Shown here: piece by piece, positions 10,450 to 21,907 of the stretch
How the letters are laid out: every line of letters starts with the position of its first letter
Position numbering within the stretch: position 1 is the first letter of the stretch
DNA from: Hyphomicrobiales bacterium
GTDB taxonomy: Bacteria > Pseudomonadota > Alphaproteobacteria > Rhizobiales > Beijerinckiaceae
Length of the DNA stretch: 64,000 nt
Assembly (NCBI GenBank): GCA_028290285.1
Contig: JAQGKD010000014.1
Location: 4,958-68,957, forward strand
Direction of reading: 5' to 3'
Position numbers and translations under genes: made by a program
Notes under the pieces: generated by a model
The model's database searches: none
Told to the model about the DNA's origin: nothing
What the model saw: only the letters and a program-made list of their open reading frames with translations

Positions 10450-11241
10450 TCAGCGACCGCCCTGTGCGACACCGAAGCGGACGATCGACAGTCCGCGATC
10501 CGGAGCTTCAGGAGCGGCAGGCCCCGCTGAGGAGACGTCAGCCATGCTGCGCAAAATAAGCGAGAGTTGGCCGACCCGCTGAGCCAGGACGAGCAATTCC
10601 GCCTGGCGTGCATCGACCTCGAGGGTCGCGTTGGAGCCCACGACGACCTTCTCGCCGTTTTTCTCCTGAATGTTCTGGCCGATGGCGAGAACCCGAATGT
10701 TCGTGAGGATCGTCTCCGTCACGAAGGAATCGCTCGCCTTGCCGTCCTCGTCGCGGCCGGTCTTGATCACGTCCACATGGTCGTTGGGAAGGATGAACCC
10801 TCCCGCCGTGGTGCCGCCCTGCGTGTCTATGCTGATTGCGACCGCGCGGGACCCGGACGGCAGGATTGCCGACAGATATCCGCTCTTGCTACCCGGCCTA
10901 ATGAGCTTTTCACGGCGGATCGGATCGCCCTGAGAGAAGGCGATACGAACGAACGCGCCTTTCATCTCACTCATGACGTTCGCTGCCTCGGTACGCCTGA
11001 TCATCGTGGGAACGACCGCGTTCGTGGGCCACGACTGCCAGGCGAGGTCTCCGTCGCCGATGATCTTTCCGAGCGGCAGGTCGCCTGTCGCGATGAGCAC
11101 GTCCTCAGTATCGATGCGAACGACCGGTACGGGCGTGGCGGTTTCAGGGAGTGGCGGCGGCGATGACGATCCGGCGAGAAATGCCGCAATACCGCCTGCC
11201 AGCAGCGCTACCCCCAGAACAGCCAATCTTGCGATTTTCAT
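10450..11241 (-). CDS. cpaB: Flp pilus assembly protein CpaB/RcpC
   Basis: SAF domain followed by RAVAI..AGGFILPNDHVDVI, ETILTNIRVLAIGQ, ATLEV, GQLSLILRS. Confidence 0.92.
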   Translation of the reverse strand: MKIARLAVLGVALLAGGIAAFLAGSSSPPPLPETATPVPVVRIDTEDVLIATGDLPLGKIIGDGDLAWQSWPTNAVVPTMIRRTEAANVMSEMKGAFVRIAFSQGDPIRREKLIRPGSKSGYLSAILPSGSRAVAISIDTQGGTTAGGFILPNDHVDVIKTGRDEDGKASDSFVTETILTNIRVLAIGQNIQEKNGEKVVVGSNATLEVDARQAELLVLAQRVGQLSLILRSMADVSSAGPAAPEAPDRGLSIVRFGVAQGGR

Positions 11242-11308
11242 GGTGTCATCTCGTGTTCACTAACCGCCCTGAAACCATGGCGGTCGTTCTGATATGATCA
11301 AGGAAACG

Positions 11309-11324
11309 TCAAATTATGGTTAAC
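11309..11324. promoter_or_regulatory. CtrA-like binding site upstream of cpaB
   Basis: TCAA-ATTATGG-TTAAC; minus strand reads TTAACCAT, the known 8-mer CtrA variant. Confidence 0.6.
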
Positions 11325-11346
11325 CTTCTGCTACCGGGACGCGGCG

Positions 11347-11853
11347 TCAGTTGGTCACGATGAGCTGCCAGAGGTCGGATTGCGGGTAGACAAAGAGGCC
11401 GGCAAGCGCGAGCGCGATGCCATAGGGCACGCCGGACTTGGGTTCGTGCAGCCGAACAAGCCATTCGAGCTGGCTGAAACGCTCCGGCAAAGGCCAGCGG
11501 CGCATTTGCAGGAGCGCCAGTGTGAGAGCCGCCCCGGCCAGAGACGCGACGACGCCGTAATCCAGGACCTGGCCCCAGCCCATCCAGATGGAGGTGGCGG
11601 CTGCCAGCTTGGCGTCGCCGCCACCGATTTGCCCGAAGGAAAAGAGCGTGAATGTGATCGCGAGCACGAGGAGACCGCATGCAAAATGCCAGCCTATTTC
11701 GGCCAGCGGCATGCCCGAGGCAACGGAAATCGCAAGGAACCCGGCGATGAGCGCCAGCGAAATGCGATTCGAGATCGTCATCGTGAGGAGGTCCGATGAG
11801 GCCGCGTAGGCCATAAGCATCGGAAAAATAACAAGGGCAGCTATCTCGAGCAT
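11347..11853 (-). CDS. cpaA: Prepilin peptidase CpaA/TadV (A24)
   Basis: SDLLTMTISN, GGGDAKL, GVPYGIAL. Confidence 0.93.
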   Translation of the reverse strand: MLEIAALVIFPMLMAYAASSDLLTMTISNRISLALIAGFLAISVASGMPLAEIGWHFACGLLVLAITFTLFSFGQIGGGDAKLAAATSIWMGWGQVLDYGVVASLAGAALTLALLQMRRWPLPERFSQLEWLVRLHEPKSGVPYGIALALAGLFVYPQSDLWQLIVTN

Positions 11854-12021
11854 GGGGCGGCTCCGTGCGCGAACAGGTCTGCGCTTGACGAGACGTTAGC
11901 TCGAGTAAACTTTAAGTTTGGTTACCAAATTCGATAGATTCGCCCGAATATGGAACGGCCCCGGATTGACCGAGGCCGTGCTTTGTCTGGGTTCCCGGCG
12001 ACCGGAGCCGCCGAAAGCCGA

Positions 12022-12183
12022 TCAGCTGAGCGCAGTGGAAACGGCAGTGAACTTCGCCGTGAGCTTGGTGCCGACAGCGGAGACCGATGCAATGATCACA
12101 ACTGCGATCAGGCCGGCGATCAGGCCGTACTCGATGGCGGTTGCACCAGACTCGTCATTCATAAAACGCGCGATGATGTTCAT
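12022..12183 (-). CDS. flp: Flp/PilA type IVc pilin (53 aa)
   Basis: Below ORF-track cutoff. Translation MNIIARFMNDESG|ATAIEYGLIAGLIAVVIIASVSAVGTKLTAKFTAVSTALS; AGGAG RBS. Confidence 0.95.
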   Translation of the reverse strand: MNIIARFMNDESGATAIEYGLIAGLIAVVIIASVSAVGTKLTAKFTAVSTALS

Positions 12184-12437
12184 GACTTGCTCCTAGCCCT
12201 ACTACACGCGCCCTCATCACTCTGAGTCGCCGAGTAGCTAAGAAACATTATGAAACGGCATGTGTTTCGAACGAGTTAATTGATGTGTTCGATTGTAGTA
12301 GCTCTCATCTATGTCGTAATCGCACACTGTTTGCCGAAAGCGGCGCGTTTGCGTGCCTCGCATGGCAGCGAATTCTTCAGCCTTCGTTCACCATTTTCCG
12401 TTGAACTGGCGTCCTGCGATTTGATCTCGAGGATCCC

Positions 12438-12911
12438 ATGTTCAGCCTCCGCTCCTTTTTCCTTCAGCTCATTCTTCCGCCCGCCGCTCTGCTGCTGGGC
12501 ACGATCATGGCGTTCGACCGCGCCGGCGCGACCGAGTCGATCACAGTGAAACTGGATCAGGCCAAGATCATCCAGCTGCCGGAGGGGACGAGCACCGTCA
12601 TCGTCGGGAACCCCGGTGTCGCGGACGTGACACTTCTCAAGAAGAAGGGCCGCATGGTCCTGACGGCGAAGGGCTTCGGTGAAACCAACATGCTGGCGCT
12701 CGATGCCCAGGGAAATTCCATCGGTGAGTCGATCGTACGCGTCGTTGCAGCTGACAACGCGCTCATCGTGCAGCGTGGCCTCGAGCGGGAATCCTACTCG
12801 TGCAATCCCCGCTGCCAGCCGACGGTCACGCTGGGCGACACGGGACGGTATCTGCAGGAAGCCGCCGGACAAGTGCAGCAGCGCAACACATTCTCCGCGC
12901 CCGTTCGTTAG
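12438..12911 (+). CDS. Pilus assembly protein with secretin N-terminal-like domain
   Basis: Signal peptide, VKLDQAKII, VIVGNPGVADV, GFGETN, RESYSCNPRC; divergent from flp. Confidence 0.85.
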   Translation: MFSLRSFFLQLILPPAALLLGTIMAFDRAGATESITVKLDQAKIIQLPEGTSTVIVGNPGVADVTLLKKKGRMVLTAKGFGETNMLALDAQGNSIGESIVRVVAADNALIVQRGLERESYSCNPRCQPTVTLGDTGRYLQEAAGQVQQRNTFSAPVR

Positions 12912-13018
12912 AAAACCACCTCGGGGCTGATCGGGAGGTATCTAGTAAGAGTTCAAGAACTATTTGAAAGTACTGTTGCCTCCGCACACACTTGCGTGTG
13001 AAACGCCGAGGCGGGTCG

Positions 13019-13636
13019 ATGGGGTTTCTGCTCGAAGAGCAACGGTGTGCAGGTTGGGGGCGTCGCCTGCGCCACATCTTGCGAAGATTCGGCAGCGCAC
13101 GCGAGGGCGCGACTGCGGTCGAGTTCGGGTTTATCGCAGTTCCCTTCATCGGTCTTCTGTTCGCGATCTTCGAGACCGCTTTCGTCTTCTTCACGACAGA
13201 AGGGCTCGAGGCGGCGGTCGCCGATGCCGCCCGCACGATCATGACGGGTCAGGTCCAGGCGAGCACGATCACCAACGCGACGCAATTTCGCGACCAGATG
13301 ATCTGCAATCCGACGGCTCCACGCAGACGCATTCTGCCCTCCTTCATCGATTGCAGCCAGGTCGTCATCGACGTGCGGCAGGCGACCGACTTCACCAGCG
13401 CCGACATGTCGAGGACCTTTTATACCAACCCCGCCATGAGCTATGCGCCGGGGGGCGGCGGCTGCATCGTGATCGTGCGCGCCGCCTATCCGATGCCGGT
13501 TTATTTTCCGATCCTGACCACGACGGGCATCATGACGGCGGGCCAGGTCTCCTACAATGGCGGTATGAAACACATGCTGATCGGCACGGCGGCTTTTCGC
13601 AACGAACCCTTCCCGGGTTCGCTGCCAAGTTGTTGA
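13019..13636 (+). CDS. TadE/TadG-family pseudopilin
   Basis: EG|ATAVEFGFIAVPF prepilin motif, AVADAARTIMTGQ, C-terminal AAFRNEPF. Confidence 0.88.
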   Translation: MGFLLEEQRCAGWGRRLRHILRRFGSAREGATAVEFGFIAVPFIGLLFAIFETAFVFFTTEGLEAAVADAARTIMTGQVQASTITNATQFRDQMICNPTAPRRRILPSFIDCSQVVIDVRQATDFTSADMSRTFYTNPAMSYAPGGGGCIVIVRAAYPMPVYFPILTTTGIMTAGQVSYNGGMKHMLIGTAAFRNEPFPGSLPSC

Positions 13637-13647
13637 GCGGCGCGCAG

Positions 13648-14304
13648 ATGACCCGCCCTCCCCTGACATCACCCTTCTTTTCGAAGTTCCGGCGGCTGCA
13701 CCGCGACCCGCGCGGTGTCGCGGCCGTCGAATTCGCCCTGATCGTGCCGCTGATCCTGCTGATCTATCTCGGCTCGACCGAGATGGTGCAGGCCCTCATG
13801 GCCAGCCGCAAACTGTCCATCGTGGCGCGTTCGTTGTCGGATCTCGTGGCGCAGCAGCCTGCCGGCAGTTCCCTGACAGACGCTCAGCTCAACGCGGTTT
13901 TCGCAGCCGCGACATCGATCATGGCGCCCTTTTCGACGGGAACGCTCCAGATGACCGTTTCAAGCGTCGAGTTCGTCAATCCCGATGGCACGGGCATCAA
14001 GGCGAAGCCGCGCTGGACTGCGATCCGCAACGGGTCCACGCCGCGTCCCTGCGCTGTCCTGACGCCAGTGACGGATGCAACTGGCAACGGCACGACCACG
14101 ATGCCGTCAGGCCTCTACGCGCTCGGCAGCATCATCGTCGCCGATGTCGTCTATACGTACACACCGACCTTCGGGGGACGACTGCTCGCGTGGAGTTCCA
14201 CGCAGGGCTCGATCGCCATGAGGCGGACGCTCTACATGCGGCCGCGCGCGCAGAGCGTCATCGCCTATACCGGCACCGCCAACACCACCTGCCCCACCTA
14301 CTGA
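13648..14304 (+). CDS. TadE/TadG-family pseudopilin
   Basis: RG|VAAVEFALIVP, RSLSDLVAQ, YMRPR; real start ATG 13648. Confidence 0.88.
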   Translation: MTRPPLTSPFFSKFRRLHRDPRGVAAVEFALIVPLILLIYLGSTEMVQALMASRKLSIVARSLSDLVAQQPAGSSLTDAQLNAVFAAATSIMAPFSTGTLQMTVSSVEFVNPDGTGIKAKPRWTAIRNGSTPRPCAVLTPVTDATGNGTTTMPSGLYALGSIIVADVVYTYTPTFGGRLLAWSSTQGSIAMRRTLYMRPRAQSVIAYTGTANTTCPTY

Positions 14305-14327
14305 CGCTGGGCGAACGGGCATGAAAG

Positions 14328-14356
14328 AAGCCGCAGCGGCCAGCGCTGCGGCTTTT
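14328..14356. terminator. Bidirectional intrinsic terminator
   Basis: AAGCCGCAGCG/CGCTGCGGCTT stem followed by T-run, between convergent genes. Confidence 0.75.
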
Positions 14357-14374
14357 CAACATCGGCCGTGACGA

Positions 14375-15874
14375 TCAGATCGTCTGGTTGTAGGCGCCCA
14401 CTTCCGGGTTTTCCCGCATTACGCCGTCCACGGCCTTGAACATTTCGCGCATGCGGGCCTCGGAGACCGGGCTTTCCACGACCACAACGAGTTCCGGCTT
14501 GTTGGAGGAGGCGCGGACGAGGCCCCAGGTTCCGTCCTCCGCGGTGACGCGGACACCGTTGACGGTCACGAGATCGCGGATCGGCTGGCCCGAGACCTTC
14601 TCCCCGCGCTTCTGCATGTCCTCGAAACGCGCCACCACGCGCTCGACGACCTTGTACTTCACCTCGTCGTCGCAATGAGGCGACATGGTGGGCGAGCCCC
14701 AGGTCTTGGGCAGGTCGCCGTAGAGATCGGCCATGGACTTGTCGGGGTTACGATCGAGCATGTCGATCACCTGGATCGCAGTCACGATGCCGTCATCGTA
14801 GCCACGGCCGACAGGCGCGTTGAAGAAGAAATGGCCGGACTTCTCGAAGCCGGCGAGTGCCTTCAGATCGGTGACACGGCGCTTGATGTAGGAGTGCCCG
14901 GTCTTCCAGTAATCGGCCTTCACGCCGCGCGAGATCAGCACGGGATCGGTCGCGAAAAGGCCCGTCGACTTCACATCGACGACGAACGTCGCGCCGGGAT
15001 GAAGCGCAGAGAGGTCGCGCGCCAGCATGACACCGATCTTGTCTGCGAAGATCTCGTCGCCATTGTTGTCGACCACGCCACAGCGGTCGCCGTCGCCGTC
15101 GAAGCCCAACCCGACATCCGCGCCGACCTCACGCACCTTGTGCGCGATGGCGTGGAGCATCTCCATGTCTTCCGGGTTCGGGTTGTAGCGCGGGAACGTG
15201 TAATCAAGCTCGACGTCCAGCGGAATGACTTCGCAGCCCAGCTTCTCGAGGATCGCGGGTGCGAATGCGCCAGCCGTCCCGTTGCCGCAGGCCGCGACGA
15301 CCCTGAGCTTGCGCTTGATCGGCGCCCGGCTGGTGAGATCGGCGAAATAACGGGCCGGGAAGTTGTCAACGTACTGGTAGCCGCCGCCGCTCGCCGTGCG
15401 GAAGTTGGCGCCCAGCACGATTTCGCTCAGACGCCCCATCTCGACGGGACCGAAGGTGACGGGACGCTGCGATCCCATCTTCACACCGGTCCAGCCGTTG
15501 TCGTTATGCGAGGCAGTAACCATCGCGACGGCCGGAACGTCGAGCTCGAACTGCGCGAAATAGGCCATGGGCGAAAGCGCGAGACCGATGTCATGGACCT
15601 TGACGCCACCCGCTACGAGGCCGGTGACGAGCGCGTGTTTGATCGCGCTGGAATAGCTGCGGTAATCGTGCCCGGTTACGAGTTCGGGCTTCACGCCCAT
15701 CTCATGCAGCAGCGTCGCGAGGCCCAGGCCGAGGGCCTGAACGCCCATCAGGTTGATCTCCTTCTCGAACAGCCAGCGGGCATCATATTCGCGGAAGCCG
15801 GTCGGCTTTACCATCGGCTGGGTCTCGTAGGCGTAGGTATTGGGCACCAGCAGATGAGACGGCTTGGGGAACAT
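14375..15874 (-). CDS. Phosphomannomutase/phosphoglucomutase
   Basis: TASHN phosphoserine loop, FDGDGDR metal loop, GFEKSGH, VRASSN; start ATG 15874. Confidence 0.93.
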   Translation of the reverse strand: MFPKPSHLLVPNTYAYETQPMVKPTGFREYDARWLFEKEINLMGVQALGLGLATLLHEMGVKPELVTGHDYRSYSSAIKHALVTGLVAGGVKVHDIGLALSPMAYFAQFELDVPAVAMVTASHNDNGWTGVKMGSQRPVTFGPVEMGRLSEIVLGANFRTASGGGYQYVDNFPARYFADLTSRAPIKRKLRVVAACGNGTAGAFAPAILEKLGCEVIPLDVELDYTFPRYNPNPEDMEMLHAIAHKVREVGADVGLGFDGDGDRCGVVDNNGDEIFADKIGVMLARDLSALHPGATFVVDVKSTGLFATDPVLISRGVKADYWKTGHSYIKRRVTDLKALAGFEKSGHFFFNAPVGRGYDDGIVTAIQVIDMLDRNPDKSMADLYGDLPKTWGSPTMSPHCDDEVKYKVVERVVARFEDMQKRGEKVSGQPIRDLVTVNGVRVTAEDGTWGLVRASSNKPELVVVVESPVSEARMREMFKAVDGVMRENPEVGAYNQTI

Positions 15875-15997
15875 AGAAGCCTCTGTATGTATGGAGGAAG
15901 TCAAAATCGTAAGCGCCACAGTCACCATAGCGAAGATGGAGTCAAAAACGAGGCGCCCCGATCAGATTTACTAACGGGCAGCGGTGCCGAAGGTTCA

Positions 15998-16579
15998 TCA
16001 GGGCTGTAGAACCAGATTTCCAGCCTTGATCTCGAAACCGCCGAGCTTCTTCAGGAAGCTCATGCCAAGAAGGCTCTGGGTGGCGCCACCCTGCGGCAGG
16101 ACAACAGCCTGAACGTCCGTTGCCCTGATTGTACCGATACGTACTTCGGGGAGGCGGATCATGGCGACACGCGTCATTCCGTTGGCCGTGCTGATCCCGA
16201 CGTTGAACTCGCTCGGCATGGGCAAGCGGCCGATCGCCAAGGCATCCTCATAGCGCAGAGACACCAGCGTGGCCCCGGTATCGACCAGCATCGGCAGACT
16301 GCGGCCATCCACCTCGACGTTCGCTGTGTAATGTCCACCGTTGTCGGGTCTCAACTCGACACGACCATAGCCCAGTGCAGGCTGAACGGGGGTCGTTCTT
16401 GGGGATGCAGCGGCAGACGCCTGCGACGCGGACGGGGCAGAAGGCCCCTTCCCGCGCAGCTTGTCCGCCATGTAGCCCGCCCCCAGAACGGCAATCACAC
16501 AGGTGAAAAGAGCTGTCTTTGCGACGCCGGCAATCATTCGCACGCTTTCGCTGCCCGATGGAATCATTGGGCCCATCAT
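15998..16579 (-). CDS. Clan AA (retropepsin-like, TIGR02281-type) aspartic protease
   Basis: GHY, LVDTGAT, STANG, SLLGMSFL; start position uncertain. Confidence 0.88.
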   Translation of the reverse strand: MMGPMIPSGSESVRMIAGVAKTALFTCVIAVLGAGYMADKLRGKGPSAPSASQASAAASPRTTPVQPALGYGRVELRPDNGGHYTANVEVDGRSLPMLVDTGATLVSLRYEDALAIGRLPMPSEFNVGISTANGMTRVAMIRLPEVRIGTIRATDVQAVVLPQGGATQSLLGMSFLKKLGGFEIKAGNLVLQP

Positions 16580-16602
16580 GCGATGTGTGTTTTGAGAAGC
16601 CG

Positions 16603-19326
16603 TTAACGAGGCACTCTCTTCAACGCATAGAGTGCCTCCAGGGCCGCCTTGGGGCTCATTTCGTCGGGATCCAAGGCATCCAGGCTAGCACGCAGCGGGT
16701 CCGCAACTGGCGAGCTCGGCTCCGGCGCGCGTGGTTTGGCGGCCGCAAAGAGCGGCAGGTCGTCAATCATTTTCTGAACTGGTGCCTGACGCTCCCCCGC
16801 CTCCAGTTCCGCCAGCAGGATTTTGGCGCGGGCGACGACGGCCGGCGGAAGGCCGGCGAGCTTGGCGACCTGAATGCCGTAGGACCTGTCGGCCGCGCCG
16901 GGTACGACCTCGTGCAGGAAGATCACATCGCCGTTCCATTCGGTGACACGTACGGTGAGGTTCGTGAGGCGCCCGAGCTTGCGGGACAATTGCGTAAGCT
17001 CATGAAAATGGGTCGCGAACAGCGCCCGCGAGCGATTGGTGTCGTGCAGATGCTCAACCGCCGCCCATGCAATCGACAGGCCGTCGAAGGTCGCCGTGCC
17101 ACGGCCGATCTCATCGAGAATCACGAGCGAGCGCGCTGTCGCCTGGTTCAGGATGGCGGCCGTCTCGACCATCTCCACCATGAAGGTCGAACGCCCGCGT
17201 GCGAGATCGTCCGCTGCGCCTACACGCGAGAACAGGCGATCGACGATGCCGATCACCGCTTCACGCGCGGGCACATAGGCGCCCATCTGGGCGAGCACGA
17301 CCATCAAGGCGTTCTGGCGCAGATAGGTCGACTTACCCGCCATGTTCGGGCCGGTGATGACGGCGATGCGCCCGGCCTGCCCCGTATTGTCCGAAAGATC
17401 GCAATCATTGGCGACGAAGCCTTGCCCACGGGTGCGAAGAGCCGCCTCAACCACCGGATGCCGCCCGGCCGTGATCCTGAAGGCCAGCGACGTCTCGACT
17501 TGCGGGCGCACCCAGTCGCGAAGCGCTGCGAGATCGGCGAGCGCCGCCGCGACATCGATCGTCGCCAGCGCATCCGACGCCGTCTTGATGGCCGAAGTCG
17601 CGGCGAGAACGGCCTGCGTGAGATCGTCGAAGATCCCCAGTTCCAGCGCCAACGCGCGGTCGGCGGCTGAGGCGATCTTCGCCTCGATCTCGGCCAGCTC
17701 GGTCGTCGAGAAACGCATGGCATCCGCCATGGTCTGACGATGGATAAATGTCGCGTTAAAGGGTGGGCGCAACAGGCGCTCGCCGTGCGACTGGGGCACT
17801 TCTATGAAGAAGCCCAGAAAATTATTGTGCTTGATACGAAGCTGCTTTGTCTCGGCCTGTTCGCAGTAGCCCGCCTGCATGGCCGCGATCACCCGGCGGC
17901 TCTCGTCGCGGAGCGCCCGCGCCTCGTCCAGGGCGCACTCGTAACCCGGACGCACGAAGCCGCCGTCGCGGCGCACCAGCGGCAGGTCATCCGCGAGAGC
18001 CGCGGCGAGCCGCGGTTCTAGATCGGCGGGAAAGGCCGCCGCGCCGCCGACAGCATGGAGGATCTCGCCGGGTAGATCGTCGACATGGGCCAGAAGGGCC
18101 GCAACCGCGCGCGCTGCTTCGAGCCCGTCGCGCAGGCAGGCGAGATCGCGCGGGCCGCCACGTTGCAGGGCCAGCCGTGACAGGGCGCGGGAGAGATCGG
18201 GCGCGGCCCGAAGGCGCTGGCGCAGGTCGGCGCGCAAGGAACCGCGGGCGACGAAAAAGGCGACGGCGTCCTGCCGCCCTGCGATCAACTCAGGATCAGT
18301 CAGTGGCCCGGCTAGCCGCTCCGCCAGCAGGCGTCCCCCGGCGGGAGTCACCGTCATGTCGATGGCTGCGAGCAGCGAGCCTTCGCGCGTGCCGGTCAGA
18401 GTGCGTGTCAATTCGAGATTGGCGCGGGTGGCAGCATCGATTTCCAGGACGCTGCCGCGTTGCAGGCGCTCGGGACGGGCGAGCGGCGGGCGCACGGCGA
18501 TCTGGGTGCGCTCGATATAGGCGATGGCGACAGATGCAGCCGCGATCTCGGCACGCGAGAAGGTGCCGAACCCGTCGAGCGTCGCAATCCCGTAGTAATC
18601 CCGAATGCGGCGCTCCGCGCTGGTCTGGTCGCCGCTTTCGCGTGGCACCGGGGCAAGCGGCACGGAGGCTTCTTCCGCGAGGCGACGAATCTCCGGTTCG
18701 TCCACGAGCGCCTCGGGCACGACGATTTCGCGGGGCTCGAACCGGGCGATTTCGCCCGCCAGCCCAGACTCGGGCGTTTCCGTGAGCACGAATGTGCCGG
18801 TCGAGATGTCGACCACCGCGACGCCGAACAGGCTGTTCTCATCCGACAGGCGGATGCGGGAGAGCGCCAGCAGGAGGTTCGCGCGGCCGGGTTCGAGCAG
18901 CCGCTCCTCGGTGATGGTGCCGGGCGTGACGAGGCGGACGACGTCGCGCCGCACCACGGACTTGGCGCCGCGCTTGCGCGCTTCGGCCGGGTCTTCCATC
19001 TGCTCGCAGACCGCGACGCGATGGCCGAGGCCGATGAGCCTCTGCAGATAATCGTCCGCGCGATCGATGGGCACGCCGCACATGGCGATGTCCTCGCCCA
19101 GATGCTTGCCGCGCTTGGTAAGGACGATGCCGAGTGCCCGGCTGGCCACTTCCGCGTCCTCGAAGAACAATTCGTAGAAATCGCCCATCCGGTAGAAAAG
19201 CAGGCAATCGGGGTTGGCTGTCTTGATCTCTACATATTGCGCCATCATCGGCGTGACGCGGGTCAAGGCGGCGGCGGACGGGTCGGAACTCGTCGGGGAC
19301 GTGTTGGGCGTGTTGCTGGACGACAT
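16603..19326 (-). CDS. mutS: DNA mismatch repair protein MutS
   Basis: [53 protein letters not shown]. Confidence 0.97.
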   Translation of the reverse strand: MSSSNTPNTSPTSSDPSAAALTRVTPMMAQYVEIKTANPDCLLFYRMGDFYELFFEDAEVASRALGIVLTKRGKHLGEDIAMCGVPIDRADDYLQRLIGLGHRVAVCEQMEDPAEARKRGAKSVVRRDVVRLVTPGTITEERLLEPGRANLLLALSRIRLSDENSLFGVAVVDISTGTFVLTETPESGLAGEIARFEPREIVVPEALVDEPEIRRLAEEASVPLAPVPRESGDQTSAERRIRDYYGIATLDGFGTFSRAEIAAASVAIAYIERTQIAVRPPLARPERLQRGSVLEIDAATRANLELTRTLTGTREGSLLAAIDMTVTPAGGRLLAERLAGPLTDPELIAGRQDAVAFFVARGSLRADLRQRLRAAPDLSRALSRLALQRGGPRDLACLRDGLEAARAVAALLAHVDDLPGEILHAVGGAAAFPADLEPRLAAALADDLPLVRRDGGFVRPGYECALDEARALRDESRRVIAAMQAGYCEQAETKQLRIKHNNFLGFFIEVPQSHGERLLRPPFNATFIHRQTMADAMRFSTTELAEIEAKIASAADRALALELGIFDDLTQAVLAATSAIKTASDALATIDVAAALADLAALRDWVRPQVETSLAFRITAGRHPVVEAALRTRGQGFVANDCDLSDNTGQAGRIAVITGPNMAGKSTYLRQNALMVVLAQMGAYVPAREAVIGIVDRLFSRVGAADDLARGRSTFMVEMVETAAILNQATARSLVILDEIGRGTATFDGLSIAWAAVEHLHDTNRSRALFATHFHELTQLSRKLGRLTNLTVRVTEWNGDVIFLHEVVPGAADRSYGIQVAKLAGLPPAVVARAKILLAELEAGERQAPVQKMIDDLPLFAAAKPRAPEPSSPVADPLRASLDALDPDEMSPKAALEALYALKRVPR

Positions 19327-19527
19327 GGCGCGAGCCTAGCAAATGGTCTGGCGCCATGCACGGCTACAGACCTTTCCACGCCCGGATCTCGCGGGTTGTC
19401 CACGCTTTACGATACGTCAATTCCCCGCCTGCAACGCCGCTCGGTGAGATCGGCGCTTGTGAAGCGGGGCCGCGGGCGGGTAAGGTCGCCGCCCACTGGC
19501 CCCGAACGACGGAATTTCGAGCAGGAC

Positions 19528-21822
19528 ATGGCTGAAGAGACCCCCCAACGCCCCATCCGGCCGAAACGGCCGACGATCACCGACCAGGAAGCCCTGCAGT
19601 TCCATTCGAAGGGACGCCCGGGAAAACTCGAGATCGTGCCGACGAAGCCCATGGCGACGCAGCGCGACCTGTCGCTCGCCTACTCGCCCGGCGTGGCCGT
19701 GCCCGTAAAGGCGATCGCCGCCGACCCCTCGACCGCCTACGATTACACGGTCAAGGGTAATCTCGTTGCCGTCATCACCAACGGCACCGCCATTCTGGGC
19801 CTCGGCAATCTCGGCGCACTCGCTGCCAAGCCGGTCATGGAAGGCAAGTCCGTCCTGTTCAAGCGGTTCGCCGACATCGACTCGATCGATCTCGAGATCG
19901 AGACCGAGGATCCGGACGCGATGATCGCAGCCGTGCGCTATCTCGGTCCCTCCTTCGGCGGCATCAATCTCGAAGACATCAAGGCGCCCGAGTGCTTCAT
20001 CATCGAAGAGCGCCTGCGCGAATTGATGGACATCCCGGTCTTTCATGACGACCAGCATGGCACCGCAATCATCGCCGCCGCCGGCATGATCAACGCCATC
20101 AAGCTGACCGGCCGCGACATCAAGCAGACAAAGCTCGTCTGCAACGGCGCGGGCGCCGCCGGCATCGCCTGCCTCGACCTCATCAAGGCCATCGGCTTCG
20201 CACCCGAAAACGTGCTGCTCTGCGACACCAAGGGCGTCGTATACCAGGGCCGTACCGAGGGCATGAACCAGTGGAAGTCCGCCCACGCGGTGATCACCTC
20301 CAAGCGCACGCTCGAAGAGGCGATGGACGGCGCCGACATCTTCTTCGGCCTGTCGGCGCAGGGCGCGCTGACGCCCGACATGGTGCGCACCATGGCGCCC
20401 AATCCGATCATTTTCGCGATGGCCAATCCCGATCCGGAAATCACCCCGGAAGAGGCGCACGCGGTTCGCGACGATGTTATCATTGCCACTGGCCGGTCGG
20501 ATTATCCGAACCAGGTCAACAACGTGCTCGGCTTCCCCTACATCTTCCGCGGCGCGCTCGATGTGCGCGCGACGACGATCAACATGGAAATGAAGATCGC
20601 CGCCGCCAACGCGCTCGCCGAACTGGCGCGCGAGGACGTGCCGGACGAGGTTGCCGCCGCCTATCAGGGCGCACGGCCGCGCTTCGGGCGGGAATACATC
20701 ATTCCCGTGCCGTTCGACCCGCGCCTGATCAGCATCGTGCCGGTCGCGGTGGCGAAAGCCGCCATGGAGACGGGCGTCGCCCGCAAGCCCATCGTCGACA
20801 TGAAGGCCTATGTGGCGCAACTGTCGGCGCGGCGCGATCCCATCGCCGGCGCCCTGCAGCGCGTCATCGACCGTGTGCGCCGCTATCCCAAGCGCGTCGT
20901 CTTCGCGGAAGGTGAAGAAGAGCAGGTCATGCGCGCAGCCGTGTCCTTCGTGAACCAGGGACTCGGCACCGCCGTTCTCGTGGGTCGCGAGGATCGTATC
21001 GCCGAGACCGCGGCGCTCGCCGGTGTCGACCTCACGGACAAGAACATCGAGATCGCCAATGCGCGCCTCTCCCGCCGCAACAGCGTGTATGCGCAGTTCC
21101 TGTACGAGCGCCTGCAGCGCAAGGGCTATCTGTTCCGCGACTGCCAGCGCCTGATCAACCAGGACCGCAATCACTTCGCCGCCGCCATGGTCGCGCTCGG
21201 CGATGCGGATGCGATGGTCACGGGCGTGACGCGCAATTTCTCCATCGCTCTGGAAGAAGTGCGTCGCGTCATCGACCCGAAGCCCGGTCATCGCATGATC
21301 GGCGTCTCGCTGGTTCTCGCACGCGGACGGCCGGTGATTGTGGCCGATACCGCGATCACGGAAATGCCCACAGCGGAAGAGCTGGCGCAGATCGCCATCG
21401 AAGCCGCGGGCGTCGCACGCCGCCTCGGCTACGAGCCGCGCATCGCCATGCTGGCCTTCGCGACCTTCGGCCATCCGCATGGCGAGCGCGCCACGCGGGT
21501 GCAGGAAGCCGTGCGCATCCTCGACGGGCAGCGCGTCGATTTCGAATATGACGGCGAAATGGCGGCCGACGTGGCGCTCAACAAGGAGCTCATGGCGACC
21601 TACCCCTTCTGCCGCCTCTCGGACACGGCCAACGTGCTGATCATGCCGGCTTTCCACTCGGCATCCATTTCCACGAAGATGCTGCAGGAACTCGGCGGCG
21701 CGACGGTGATCGGCCCCTTGGTCGTGGGCCTCGACAAGGCGGTGCAGATCGTGCCGCTGGGCGCGAAGGACTCGGATATCGTCAATATGGCGGCGCTCGC
21801 CGCCTTCAACATCGGCGGCTGA
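19528..21822 (+). CDS. maeB: NADP-dependent malic enzyme (MaeB type, with PTA-like C-terminal domain)
   Basis: [38 protein letters not shown], then RVVFAEGE...DGEM; real start ATG 19528 after AGGA. Confidence 0.94.
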   Translation: MAEETPQRPIRPKRPTITDQEALQFHSKGRPGKLEIVPTKPMATQRDLSLAYSPGVAVPVKAIAADPSTAYDYTVKGNLVAVITNGTAILGLGNLGALAAKPVMEGKSVLFKRFADIDSIDLEIETEDPDAMIAAVRYLGPSFGGINLEDIKAPECFIIEERLRELMDIPVFHDDQHGTAIIAAAGMINAIKLTGRDIKQTKLVCNGAGAAGIACLDLIKAIGFAPENVLLCDTKGVVYQGRTEGMNQWKSAHAVITSKRTLEEAMDGADIFFGLSAQGALTPDMVRTMAPNPIIFAMANPDPEITPEEAHAVRDDVIIATGRSDYPNQVNNVLGFPYIFRGALDVRATTINMEMKIAAANALAELAREDVPDEVAAAYQGARPRFGREYIIPVPFDPRLISIVPVAVAKAAMETGVARKPIVDMKAYVAQLSARRDPIAGALQRVIDRVRRYPKRVVFAEGEEEQVMRAAVSFVNQGLGTAVLVGREDRIAETAALAGVDLTDKNIEIANARLSRRNSVYAQFLYERLQRKGYLFRDCQRLINQDRNHFAAAMVALGDADAMVTGVTRNFSIALEEVRRVIDPKPGHRMIGVSLVLARGRPVIVADTAITEMPTAEELAQIAIEAAGVARRLGYEPRIAMLAFATFGHPHGERATRVQEAVRILDGQRVDFEYDGEMAADVALNKELMATYPFCRLSDTANVLIMPAFHSASISTKMLQELGGATVIGPLVVGLDKAVQIVPLGAKDSDIVNMAALAAFNIGG

Positions 21823-21907
21823 CAGGCCTGCGTTCTCTGGCGAGGGACACCCCTCGCCAGACTTTATTTCTCTCGTCCCCTTTTGACCCTTCGCGGCAGG
21901 ATTCTTG

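Noticed and set aside
12964-13647. Long N-terminal extension of the second TadE ORF (similar over-extensions on tadB, cpaE, cpaC, queG, nth, ssuB, osmC)
   Set aside because: They overlap neighbouring real genes in other frames; stop-codon scarcity in high-GC DNA.
18460-19527. Apparent 356-aa N-terminal extension of malic enzyme (1120-aa ORF)
   Set aside because: It is mostly the antisense shadow of mutS; homology and an RBS point to ATG 19528.
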